In this document: piece by piece, positions 9,696 through 17,957 of the stretch | Numbering within the stretch: position 1 is the stretch's first letter | How the letters are laid out: the number at the start of each line of letters is the position of its first letter | DNA from: Clostridia bacterium | Lineage (GTDB): Bacteria; Bacillota; Clostridia; Oscillospirales; CAG-272 | Length of the DNA: 51,173 nucleotides | NCBI GenBank assembly: GCA_017623255.1 | Contig: JAGAPL010000012.1 | Coordinates: forward strand, 1-51,173 | Direction: 5' to 3' | Translations under genes and position numbers: made by a program | The notes under the pieces: generated by a model | Databases searched by the model: none | The model's input: only the letters and a program-made list of their open reading frames with translations | Told to the model about the DNA's origin: nothing

Positions 9696-11486
9696 TTATC
9701 TTGACTGGTTTGCCCTCTGTGCTATTCTCTTTAAGCGCTCTTGCTCGCGCTGTTCTGCCTGCACACGAAGTTCAGCTTCATAATCTGCTCGCTGTTGCTT
9801 ATGAGCGGGCAATTTGTTAAGGAACAACTGCAATTCTTCGTTATACTCACGGAGATATTCCATGTCCTTTGCAATTTGCTTTTCAAGCGCTTCTTTTTTC
9901 TCTCTTTCCTGCTGCTCGTAAAGCTGCTGGCGGCGTTCTTCTTCCTCTCGGAGAATTCGCTCTTTTTCCTCCTGACGCTGTCTTCTCTTGCGTTCCTGCG
10001 CCTCTATCTTACGCTGTTCTATTTCTTCTATAAGGAAAGCAGCATCAGCAAAATCTTCTTTTTCAGCAAGATATTTAGCCATATGCTTTTCTCTTGCTTC
10101 AAGCTGATCTTCCTTTTTGTCCTCAAAACGCTTCAATTCCTTAAGGAATATTTCTTTTCTGCGTCTGTCCTCAGCCTCACGCATCATACGCTCATGGAAC
10201 AGGCGCTGTTTTTCAGCTTCTTTTTCCTGACGGATACGTTCTTTCTCGGCTTCTTTTTCTTTACGCAGGCGTTCTTTTTCCACTTCCTGCTCTTTCTTCA
10301 GACGCTCGGCTTCTTCTTTCTTTTTACGCTCCTGCTCTTCAACAAGACGACGGCGTTCTTCCTTTTCCTCCTGCATAAGCTGAGCCTTTGTAAGCTCTTC
10401 TATAAGAACCTTACGAACCTCAACATCGGGCAAGTCGTAATCCTCGGTGAGCTCTTCTATGATCTCACGTATAAATTTAGGCTTTAGTGTGCGCTGTTTC
10501 TGTCTCGGTCTGGTAGGAACAACGCGATCCTCCTGATCCTCAAGATATCCTTTAAGAATAAGATAATTAAAGAGGATGTTATGATATATATCTCTCTGGA
10601 AAACTTCGTTTATCGCAGGGCTCTGCTCTATAACGCGGATGGAATAACCGATTTGATCATAACTTCGAAGGAACTCAAACAACTCTTCAACCTTACGATA
10701 GTTAGGGTTCTTTTTAAGCACGTTTGTTTTTACAATATTACCCTTTACTCTCGGAACCCTTTCCATCTGCTGAGCAAACTTTGAATTCATAAAGGTTGTA
10801 AGCAAACGATAGATACGTGAAATGCGTGAAAACACCTCAGCATTTCGCTCATCAGTTTCCATTGCGTTTTCAGTGTTTTTGATATGGAGGAACATATCCA
10901 TATGAACGTGCTCAGTTGCACTTTCCATATCAGAACGCACCTTAAGCTTCGCACCAAATTCATCACCCATAGCTTCAAAAAGCGCATCATGACGAATCTT
11001 TACAAATCTATATGCTGTTTCGAGAGTTGTGAAAACAAGTCTGTTTTCGTACATAACCTCTGTGTCATCGCGAATCTTCTGCATCAGACGCAAAGGCTGA
11101 ACGTCACCGGTTCTTTCGTCATAGTCTTCAACGAAAGACGCATGGCTTGTCAAATGACGAACAACATCGGAATTCGTTTTCTTTGCAAGAGCTGCATTTA
11201 CTATCAGTTCTTCTTCAAGAATTACATTTCGAGGGCTGCCCACAATCTCCTGAATAGCAGGCAACGCCTTTTCAACTGCTTCGATCCAAGTTGTGTCAAC
11301 TGCTTTCTCCAGCTTACGGTTTGAAAACTGAAACTCATTGTCCGCTCTTGAAACAGCGTCCATAAAGAATTCATAAAAATCCGTGCTGGAAATTGCACGC
11401 ATAACTCCGCGAGTGAACTTTTGATAGATCGGGTCCATCAATTCTCTTGCGGCGCTATTCTTTTTTGCTTTGTTATCTCCTGCCAC
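9696..11486 (-). CDS. DUF2357 (McrC-like N-terminal domain) protein with a long C-terminal coiled coil and no evident nuclease domain
   Basis: 596 aa. Motifs IVGSPRNVILEEE, YENRLV and LKKNPNYRKV resemble DUF2357. The last ~240 aa are an E/K/R-rich coiled coil. Lies directly downstream of the McrB-like NTPase. Confidence 0.7.
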   Translation of the reverse strand: MAGDNKAKKNSAARELMDPIYQKFTRGVMRAISSTDFYEFFMDAVSRADNEFQFSNRKLEKAVDTTWIEAVEKALPAIQEIVGSPRNVILEEELIVNAALAKKTNSDVVRHLTSHASFVEDYDERTGDVQPLRLMQKIRDDTEVMYENRLVFTTLETAYRFVKIRHDALFEAMGDEFGAKLKVRSDMESATEHVHMDMFLHIKNTENAMETDERNAEVFSRISRIYRLLTTFMNSKFAQQMERVPRVKGNIVKTNVLKKNPNYRKVEELFEFLRSYDQIGYSIRVIEQSPAINEVFQRDIYHNILFNYLILKGYLEDQEDRVVPTRPRQKQRTLKPKFIREIIEELTEDYDLPDVEVRKVLIEELTKAQLMQEEKEERRRLVEEQERKKKEEAERLKKEQEVEKERLRKEKEAEKERIRQEKEAEKQRLFHERMMREAEDRRRKEIFLKELKRFEDKKEDQLEAREKHMAKYLAEKEDFADAAFLIEEIEQRKIEAQERKRRQRQEEKERILREEEERRQQLYEQQEREKKEALEKQIAKDMEYLREYNEELQLFLNKLPAHKQQRADYEAELRVQAEQREQERLKRIAQRANQSR

Positions 11487-11512
11487 TTTGATCTACCCGA
11501 TCCTTTCAAAAA

Positions 11513-13108
11513 TTAGTTAGTCTTTTTAAGTCTCTCTACATACTCTTTGCAAATAACCATTGTGTTCTTGCCAAAGAGTTTATCAAGATATGTATTGAAT
11601 CTTGTGAGCTCATCCTTCATAAAGCCAAGGCTGAGAGATTCAAACTTACGGAGAACCTTCTTTGCAATCATAAAGTCGATTGCCTGAAGCTCTGTTCCAC
11701 CGCAAGCTATAAAGCAAGGAACATAATCGCCGATCTGCTTCATAATACGGTTACCGAAAGCAAGGCGGAAGTTTTTGATAAGATAGTCATTAAGTGTTTC
11801 AAGTTTGTCAAGAATTTCCTGGGAAACAGGATACATAGCCTTTGCTTCGTCAAAGAGCTGAAGCAAACGGTCTGTTGAAATATACATAGCTTCTTCAGGC
11901 TCACATACAAAAGCTTCTGCTCTGCTATCAAGGTCGATAGGAATAGCACGGTCATAAACCTTATCGGCTACGGCGAATGTAGAGTCGTCGTTATTGATAG
12001 TACCGATAAACCATACGTTATCGCTTATCTGAACCTTACCTTCGTTAATAAGGCAGGGGTCGTTATCCCATGTTGCAGAAACAATATCAATGACCTGGTC
12101 TTCTCGTCTGGGAAGCTCAAGTGTTGAAAGCATTTCAGCAAAATAATACTCAACTCGGGCGATATTCATCTCGTCCAAAATAACAAGGTGAGGATCTCTG
12201 AAATAGTTTGCTTCATATACTGCGCGAAGGAAGTCTGTTTCAGAATATTTCTTTGAGAATTCATTAAAATATCCGTAAAGCTCTGTTCTTTCACGCCATG
12301 CAGGCTGAACTGAGATAACAGATGTATCCTTCTTTACAAACTTACCGAATGCATAAGGCAATGAAGTTTTACCTGTACCTGAAATACCCTGCAAGATAAT
12401 AATACGAGCCGCGCCCATTGAAGCAATAAAGAAACGGATCATATCAATATCGTAGTAAAGTCCCATTTTTGAGCTTGCAAATCTGCGGAAACGATCACAA
12501 AACTCAGGAAGAGTTACATTTTCCTCATAAGGTGGTGCTTCATAAGATGTTTTATAATAGTTATCAACTGAGGTAAGACGGAAGAAACGGCTATCCTGAG
12601 GATCTACGCAAGGAGAATCAAATCTGTTTCTATTGGGATTTTCGACAAATTCAACACCTTCAACTGTCTCTTCTTCAGAAACCTCTTCAGAAGCTTCATC
12701 AAAAGCTTCATCAATTGGCATGGAAGAGCCGCTAAGCTCTGCCATACGCATAGCAAGAAGCTTATCCTTTTCATAGTTAGCTCGCATAAGGTCTCTCTGA
12801 AGATTTCTCACCTGACGAACCATTTCATCATATTTTTTTGCAGGAATATAGCGACGGAATATTTTGCGAAGCAGTTTTGCAAAAAGTATGCACATAACAA
12901 CTACGAGCGCCACGAACAAAATATTCACTACAAGCATCAAAATCCATTCAGTTGTTGAGAAATCGCTATCATACGCTTTGATGATATCCATTCTCAGCTT
13001 GAAATTGAATGTATAATACAAAAAATCAAAAAATGCTACGAAAACTTCAATCAGTGAACGGAAAACTCGTCCCATATCCTGATAAAAGTATCTGAAAAAA
13101 TTATCCAT
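11513..13108 (-). CDS. McrB-family AAA+ NTPase with N-terminal transmembrane segment(s) and a coiled coil
   Basis: Walker A GISGTGKT, Walker B VILDEMN-IARVEYYFAE, McrB-like GTINNDDST..ADKVYDRA. Hydrophobic WILMLVVNILFVALVVVMCILF at aa ~55-77. Confidence 0.85.
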   Translation of the reverse strand: MDNFFRYFYQDMGRVFRSLIEVFVAFFDFLYYTFNFKLRMDIIKAYDSDFSTTEWILMLVVNILFVALVVVMCILFAKLLRKIFRRYIPAKKYDEMVRQVRNLQRDLMRANYEKDKLLAMRMAELSGSSMPIDEAFDEASEEVSEEETVEGVEFVENPNRNRFDSPCVDPQDSRFFRLTSVDNYYKTSYEAPPYEENVTLPEFCDRFRRFASSKMGLYYDIDMIRFFIASMGAARIIILQGISGTGKTSLPYAFGKFVKKDTSVISVQPAWRERTELYGYFNEFSKKYSETDFLRAVYEANYFRDPHLVILDEMNIARVEYYFAEMLSTLELPRREDQVIDIVSATWDNDPCLINEGKVQISDNVWFIGTINNDDSTFAVADKVYDRAIPIDLDSRAEAFVCEPEEAMYISTDRLLQLFDEAKAMYPVSQEILDKLETLNDYLIKNFRLAFGNRIMKQIGDYVPCFIACGGTELQAIDFMIAKKVLRKFESLSLGFMKDELTRFNTYLDKLFGKNTMVICKEYVERLKKTN

Positions 13109-13165
13109 ATTTGTCTCCTAATGGATTTATTGCCTTATTTTAGGCAAAAAAATGTGATAATGTCC

Positions 13166-13195
13166 ATATAGGAGGCTGAAGTCAGCCTCCTATAT
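13166..13195. other. Perfect 14-bp inverted repeat (stem-loop) between sipW2 and the McrB-like gene
   Basis: ATATAGGAGGCTGA-ag-TCAGCCTCCTATAT; no U-tract immediately after it on the minus strand. Confidence 0.75.
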
Positions 13196-13209
13196 AAGCA
13201 TCTTCATTA

Positions 13210-14340
13210 TTATTCGTCTTTAGTTTCTTCCTCTTCGGAATCGTTTTCTACTGATTCTTCTTCAGCTGTTTCTTCTGCAGATTCTTCTGCAATTTCTTCA
13301 GCAGGAGTTTCCTCTGCAGCCTCTTCAATTACGTCTTCTTCAGCTGTTTCTTCTGCAGCTTCTTCTGCAGTTTCTTCAGCAGGAGTTTCCTCTGCAGCCT
13401 CTTCAGCTACTTCTTCAGCTGTTTCTTCTTCTGTTTCTTCTTCGGCTGATTCAGCAGGCTCTGTAACAGCAGCAGCCATACCCATGCTCTGCATAAGTTC
13501 AGCCTTCAGCTTTTCGCGAAGCTCTTCTTCCATTTTAGCGCGTTCTGCCGCTGCTTCCTGTGCCTTCTTTTCTTCAAGGAGCTCAGCCTTCAGCTTTTCG
13601 CGAAGCTCCTCTTCCATCTTAGCACGCTCAGCTTCCTTCTCATCCTGAGCTTTCTTTTCCTGCTCAGCAATAAGATCTTCAGTTTTACCGCGCTCCTGCT
13701 CATACTTGATGCGGTTCTTTACGTTCTGATATTCAAAGAGAACGCGGAAGAACTGAACAAGATAGAAAAGGAAGAATATAAATACGGGAATTACGACTAC
13801 TACAAGGAAGCCTGTGCTATCCTGCAGATAGTCAAATACTTTACCAAGTCCCTCAACTCTGAACTTGTATTTACCAACAACCTCAGACTCATGAACTGTG
13901 AGAGAGTCTACTACTGTGTTGGCTTCACCTTTGGTTTCGAATATAAGATATCCGCCACCGTCATAAATCTCGTGGATTTTATGTGTGTTGAGAACTCTTT
14001 CGCCGTTGATAACTGTCCAATAAGTGATAATATCACCAACCTGAAGGTCTTCGGGCTTTTCAACAGCTGTGTCGAAAATGAGGTCGCCGGGCTTAAGGAT
14101 AGGATACATTGATTCGGTCTGAATTGAATACATCTGAAAACCGAAAATGCTGGGAATACCGTTACCTGATGTTGTTACAAAAGATACGTATGTAGAAATA
14201 GCCGCAAGCACAATAGCAAGCACAAGAACTACGTTAATAATAGTGCTGAAAACCTTGCTCGCCTTACTTTGCTTCTTTACTACCTCAACCTCTTCTGTTT
14301 CGATAGCTGTTTGTTTTTTGTCTTTCATAAAACGCTCCAT
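13210..14340 (-). CDS. sipW: Second SipW-type signal peptidase I, with a coiled-coil and acidic repeat tail
   Basis: IQTESMYP (Ser), LNTHKI (His), TKGEAN..D, two TM helices; duplicated AERAKMEEELREKLKAEL and an EEAAEET-rich tail. Confidence 0.88.
   Translation of the reverse strand: MERFMKDKKQTAIETEEVEVVKKQSKASKVFSTIINVVLVLAIVLAAISTYVSFVTTSGNGIPSIFGFQMYSIQTESMYPILKPGDLIFDTAVEKPEDLQVGDIITYWTVINGERVLNTHKIHEIYDGGGYLIFETKGEANTVVDSLTVHESEVVGKYKFRVEGLGKVFDYLQDSTGFLVVVVIPVFIFFLFYLVQFFRVLFEYQNVKNRIKYEQERGKTEDLIAEQEKKAQDEKEAERAKMEEELREKLKAELLEEKKAQEAAAERAKMEEELREKLKAELMQSMGMAAAVTEPAESAEEETEEETAEEVAEEAAEETPAEETAEEAAEETAEEDVIEEAAEETPAEEIAEESAEETAEEESVENDSEEEETKDE
13225..13445 (-). repeat. Low-complexity acidic coding repeat (EEAAEETPAEE) in sipW2
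   Basis: Repeated TTCTTCAGCAGGAGTTTCCTCTGCAGCCTCTTCA and TTCTTCAGCTGTTTCTTC units. Confidence 0.8.
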
Positions 14341-14374
14341 TCAATCTAAATATTATATATTGAGATTTATTAAC

Positions 14375-15373
14375 TTAATTTATAGGAACCATACCGGACT
14401 GGCCTTCGGTTGTTGCGGTGAACTGAATGTTTGCCATAAGCTCTGCATGATGACCGATTGCATTGATACAATCCACATCCTGACCTTCAAGCCATACATA
14501 AAGGCTGATTTTTGCAAGTTCATCAGGTTCAAGCTTAAAAAGCTCTTTTTCTGAATCAAATTCTCCAAAAGTGTGAATAACCGTTCCGTTTCTTACAGGT
14601 GTAGCTTCTTCCCACGAATTCAGAGACTGAAGAATAATACTTTCTTCGGGGATGAGAGTTGCTGTTCCGTCAACGCTTGGTGTTTGGAGATATCCATCTT
14701 CCTCATCAACATGTTTATCATAATTAGGTTCATATATAAAGAATTCAGCAGGATCATTTTTTGTTTGACCTGACAGATCTGTCTTTTCAACAAGGATACC
14801 TATGCGGATAGCGAGCTCTGCGCCGTTTCCTCCGTTATCGTGGCTGATAGTTTCTGTGTTCCATATAGGTTTGCCTATAACGTATGTTCCCGAACCCTGA
14901 ATACCTTCTGCAACTTCAATAGCAGAGGTGAGACTTACGTGAACCTTCTGAAGAGTTCTTGCATAGAACGTGCCCTTCATATAATACCCGTCGGCATTAT
15001 CTTTGTTAGCATTTCTATCGTCTGAAAGGGGCTCCAGAATTTCATTCACTCTACCGTCAAAGCCATAGGAAACCGCATAAAATCTATTTTCTTTCTGCGA
15101 CCAGGTTATAGGGCGAAGCGGTGCCACCTCACCGATTATCTCAGAAAAATTCAACTGCAACTGCCATTCTTCAGCCAGTGGATCTACTGATAGTTCAAGT
15201 CCGCTGGGGGAATTTACATGCAGTGCCATATCACTGACCTCAGGAGTACGGCTGAGAGAAAACCATGTGTATGTAGCCACAGAAAACAAGCTGAGCAAAA
15301 CAAGAAGCACGTACAAATAGACTACTGTGCGCATACGCCGCTGCTGTTGGACTCTTGATTCGTTAGTTTTCAA
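14375..15373 (-). CDS. Secreted SipW-signal fibre-subunit paralogue
   Basis: 332 aa, TTG start with AAGGAG RBS; VATYT|WFSLSRTPEV; C-terminal VWLEGQDVDC. Confidence 0.85.
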   Translation of the reverse strand: MKTNESRVQQQRRMRTVVYLYVLLVLLSLFSVATYTWFSLSRTPEVSDMALHVNSPSGLELSVDPLAEEWQLQLNFSEIIGEVAPLRPITWSQKENRFYAVSYGFDGRVNEILEPLSDDRNANKDNADGYYMKGTFYARTLQKVHVSLTSAIEVAEGIQGSGTYVIGKPIWNTETISHDNGGNGAELAIRIGILVEKTDLSGQTKNDPAEFFIYEPNYDKHVDEEDGYLQTPSVDGTATLIPEESIILQSLNSWEEATPVRNGTVIHTFGEFDSEKELFKLEPDELAKISLYVWLEGQDVDCINAIGHHAELMANIQFTATTEGQSGMVPIN

Positions 15374-15442
15374 TGTTCTCCTTCTTTCTGTTTTAAGGGG
15401 GATTGCTGTTCTTTTTATTGTTCATTGCAAACACATATAAAT

Positions 15443-15471
15443 ATTATATATTATCGCAGATAATAGGACAA
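15443..15471 (-). promoter_or_regulatory. Internal sigma-A-like promoter
   Basis: TTGTCC-17 bp-TATAAT on the minus strand; the spacer itself is the palindrome TATTATC-tgc-GATAATA. Confidence 0.55.
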
Positions 15472-15484
15472 TGAACAAATTTTG

Positions 15485-15580
15485 GGATTTATTAAATCCA
15501 TCATTCACGGGTTAAAGGATTTTTTAGCCTGTGAATCGTGGGTTTAACGGGGGATCCCCCCGCCCTTTCGGGCGGGAGAG
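15485..15580 (-). other. Cluster of stem-loops 3' of the 752-aa gene
   Basis: CCCGCCC-GAAA-GGGCGGG with no U-tract, then imperfect ATTCACAGGCTAAA/TTTAACCCGTGAAT, then GGATTTA/TAAATCC. Confidence 0.65.
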
Positions 15581-15596
15581 ATATTCTGATTAATAC

Positions 15597-17855
15597 TTAG
15601 GGATTTTCTGTAACATTTACAGTTACAACGATTGCGCCTGTTACTTCAGAGATAGAGATTGTAAGTGTATCTTCATTCCATGCATTAGAAACAGGTTCGC
15701 CACCCATTGTTACAACAACATTTTCTACGGTATAGCCTTCAAGCATAGAAGCGGGAACTGTGTAAGTAAAGGGAGCGCCTGCTGTTACAGTTGTCTTCTT
15801 AGCTTCAATGCCGTTAACTGTTACAGAAGCCTTGTATTCGCCTTCGCCTTCCATTTCCTTAAGAGCTGTGTTTTCCATAGGAACGAGATCTGCGGAGCTG
15901 GAGAACTGGAGGTTCATAGCGCCCATCATAGATGTTACGCCATTTGCAACGTCAGCGTTTGTAACATTGTCACCATCAAGGTATACAAGAGCTGTGATAG
16001 CCTTTGCTGTGTTCTGGGGAAGATCGCAAAGGTTAGCCTGGTCTTCAGCAATTCTTGAACCGAGTGTGATTGTACCGTCTGTTTCAAGAGTATAGCTGTG
16101 GAGATAGAGGTCGCCTTCAATCTCTGTGAGACCTGCAATTACGTCTGCAGATGCAGCATCGTAAGCTGCTGTGTCGATTTTAGCAATACCATAGATAGTA
16201 CCGGTAGCTGTATCCATAAATACAACTCTGAGAGACTTCATAAGGTTGAGAGTTGCAGCAGCAGAAAGAACTGTCTTATCAACTGTGAAGGTCATTGTAC
16301 TGCCGCTGCCCTGTGTTGCAGAGCTTACGCTTTCTTCATAAACTCTCTGAGCAGGAGATGTCTGAAGCATAAGCTTAGAGTTAGCAGCATTTGTACGGAA
16401 CATAAAGTCTACTGCGTAAGCGTAGGGAACGTTGATAACTGCATTTGCTACTGCATTATCACCTACAAGAACACCTGCGAGAGCGATTGCTGTTCTTGCT
16501 GCAGGCATATATCCGCCGGATACTACTTCACTATCTGTCTTCATGTATGCGTTCCAGCCACCCATCTCTGTTCCACTGTAATTAAACTTAGGAACTGCTA
16601 CTGTAGCTTCAATATTACCAACTACTGCACCGAAGTCAGCATAAAGACCGGATCCAGTTACCATTGTGATGTTAAGACCATTCTGAAGAATGTTGTTACC
16701 GATCCAAGTTGTATCATGGGATGTAAACTCACCCATAAGGATACCATTGATCTTAATCTTACTTGTATCCATAAGAGGTGTGAGAACAGCGCTAATCTCT
16801 GTCCAGTTTACATTAGTCTTGCTATCTTCCATGAGAGGAGCGATATTTGTCTTTGCCTGAGCAAGAGCTGCTGTATTGGAAGCATAAGCTGTTACAGTAG
16901 CGATGATGTTTGTATTTACGCCTGATGCGTAAGTTTTGTAGTAATCAGAAGCTTGAATCTCAGCAAGTGTTGCAGAATCTGTGATAGCTGCAACTGCTGC
17001 TTCATATTTTGCCTGAGAAGATGTTGCAGAAGCTGCATCTGCAAGGAGAGCTGCCTTGATAGCATCAGCAAGAGCTGCATTAGCCTTGTCAAGGTCTGTA
17101 AGAACGTTATTAAGACCTTCTACATGATCTTTATAGTTATTTGTATCTTCGCCTGATGCAAGACCATGCTGGATTGCCATTCCTGTGAGCGCACCACCAT
17201 TGTTGTTCAGAGAGTTCTGAGCATTTGTTTTAGCGCTGGAGATAGCAGCAGCAAGGTCGGAAAGAGCTGAGTTGAATGTAACTTCGAATTCGGACATATT
17301 TGCAGATGTACCGATAACACGGATACCCTTGTAGTCATTTACAAGAAAATCTGTTGCTGTACCGATAGAGTTATCATCCTTAACCTCAAATTTAGATCCA
17401 AACTGTGTGTTAGGGTTGAGAGCCTGAGGACGACCATCAGCACCATATGTAGGTGTGGAGAGGGGCGCAGCATCGTTTACCACAACTGTAGAGTTTGCGC
17501 CTGCGTTCGCATTAAGACGTGAGGGGAGAAGAGCAATGTCTTCAAGACCGTACACGGAGTTGTCACTAAGGTTGATAAGGTTACCCCAAGTGGTGTTCTT
17601 TTCAGCCCATGTGAGGTTTGCATCGCCCATTGCAGATGTGATATCCGCTGCGTTACCGCTATAGGGGGAGAGTGCAATTTCAAGGTTGCCGTTAGCGCCA
17701 ACAGTGGTTGTGATACCCTGAATTTCAGGCGCTGTAGACAGAGTGAACCATGCATATGTGGTGGAAACCATCATAATACAAGAAACCAACAGCATTGCAA
17801 CTGCTGCAACCAGCTTGTTGCGAAGATCGGACTGTCGCTTTTCAGTTTTGTTCAT
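15597..17855 (-). CDS. SipW-signal (TasA/CalY-like) protein, candidate major fibre subunit
   Basis: 752 aa; MMVSTTYA|WFTLSTAPEIQGITTTVGANGNLEIAL; Ala-rich helical insert; ITALVYLDG near the C-terminus. Codon usage resembles efp/lysS by eye. Confidence 0.88.
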   Translation of the reverse strand: MNKTEKRQSDLRNKLVAAVAMLLVSCIMMVSTTYAWFTLSTAPEIQGITTTVGANGNLEIALSPYSGNAADITSAMGDANLTWAEKNTTWGNLINLSDNSVYGLEDIALLPSRLNANAGANSTVVVNDAAPLSTPTYGADGRPQALNPNTQFGSKFEVKDDNSIGTATDFLVNDYKGIRVIGTSANMSEFEVTFNSALSDLAAAISSAKTNAQNSLNNNGGALTGMAIQHGLASGEDTNNYKDHVEGLNNVLTDLDKANAALADAIKAALLADAASATSSQAKYEAAVAAITDSATLAEIQASDYYKTYASGVNTNIIATVTAYASNTAALAQAKTNIAPLMEDSKTNVNWTEISAVLTPLMDTSKIKINGILMGEFTSHDTTWIGNNILQNGLNITMVTGSGLYADFGAVVGNIEATVAVPKFNYSGTEMGGWNAYMKTDSEVVSGGYMPAARTAIALAGVLVGDNAVANAVINVPYAYAVDFMFRTNAANSKLMLQTSPAQRVYEESVSSATQGSGSTMTFTVDKTVLSAAATLNLMKSLRVVFMDTATGTIYGIAKIDTAAYDAASADVIAGLTEIEGDLYLHSYTLETDGTITLGSRIAEDQANLCDLPQNTAKAITALVYLDGDNVTNADVANGVTSMMGAMNLQFSSSADLVPMENTALKEMEGEGEYKASVTVNGIEAKKTTVTAGAPFTYTVPASMLEGYTVENVVVTMGGEPVSNAWNEDTLTISISEVTGAIVVTVNVTENP

Positions 17856-17957
17856 CTGAATCTTCCTTCTTTCTTAAATATTTTTATTCGTGTTTTAATT
17901 CCCGTCGGAATTATATAATTCTGCATTTTTCGCAGAGATTACATACTAATTTAATTT

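Noticed and set aside
9696-13108. Canonical McrBC restriction system
   Set aside because: No DNA-binding N-terminal domain, no visible PD-(D/E)xK nuclease, and the NTPase is membrane-anchored.
17870-17950. Internal promoter for the 752-aa gene
   Set aside because: TATAAT is present on the minus strand but there is no credible -35 at 16-18 bp.
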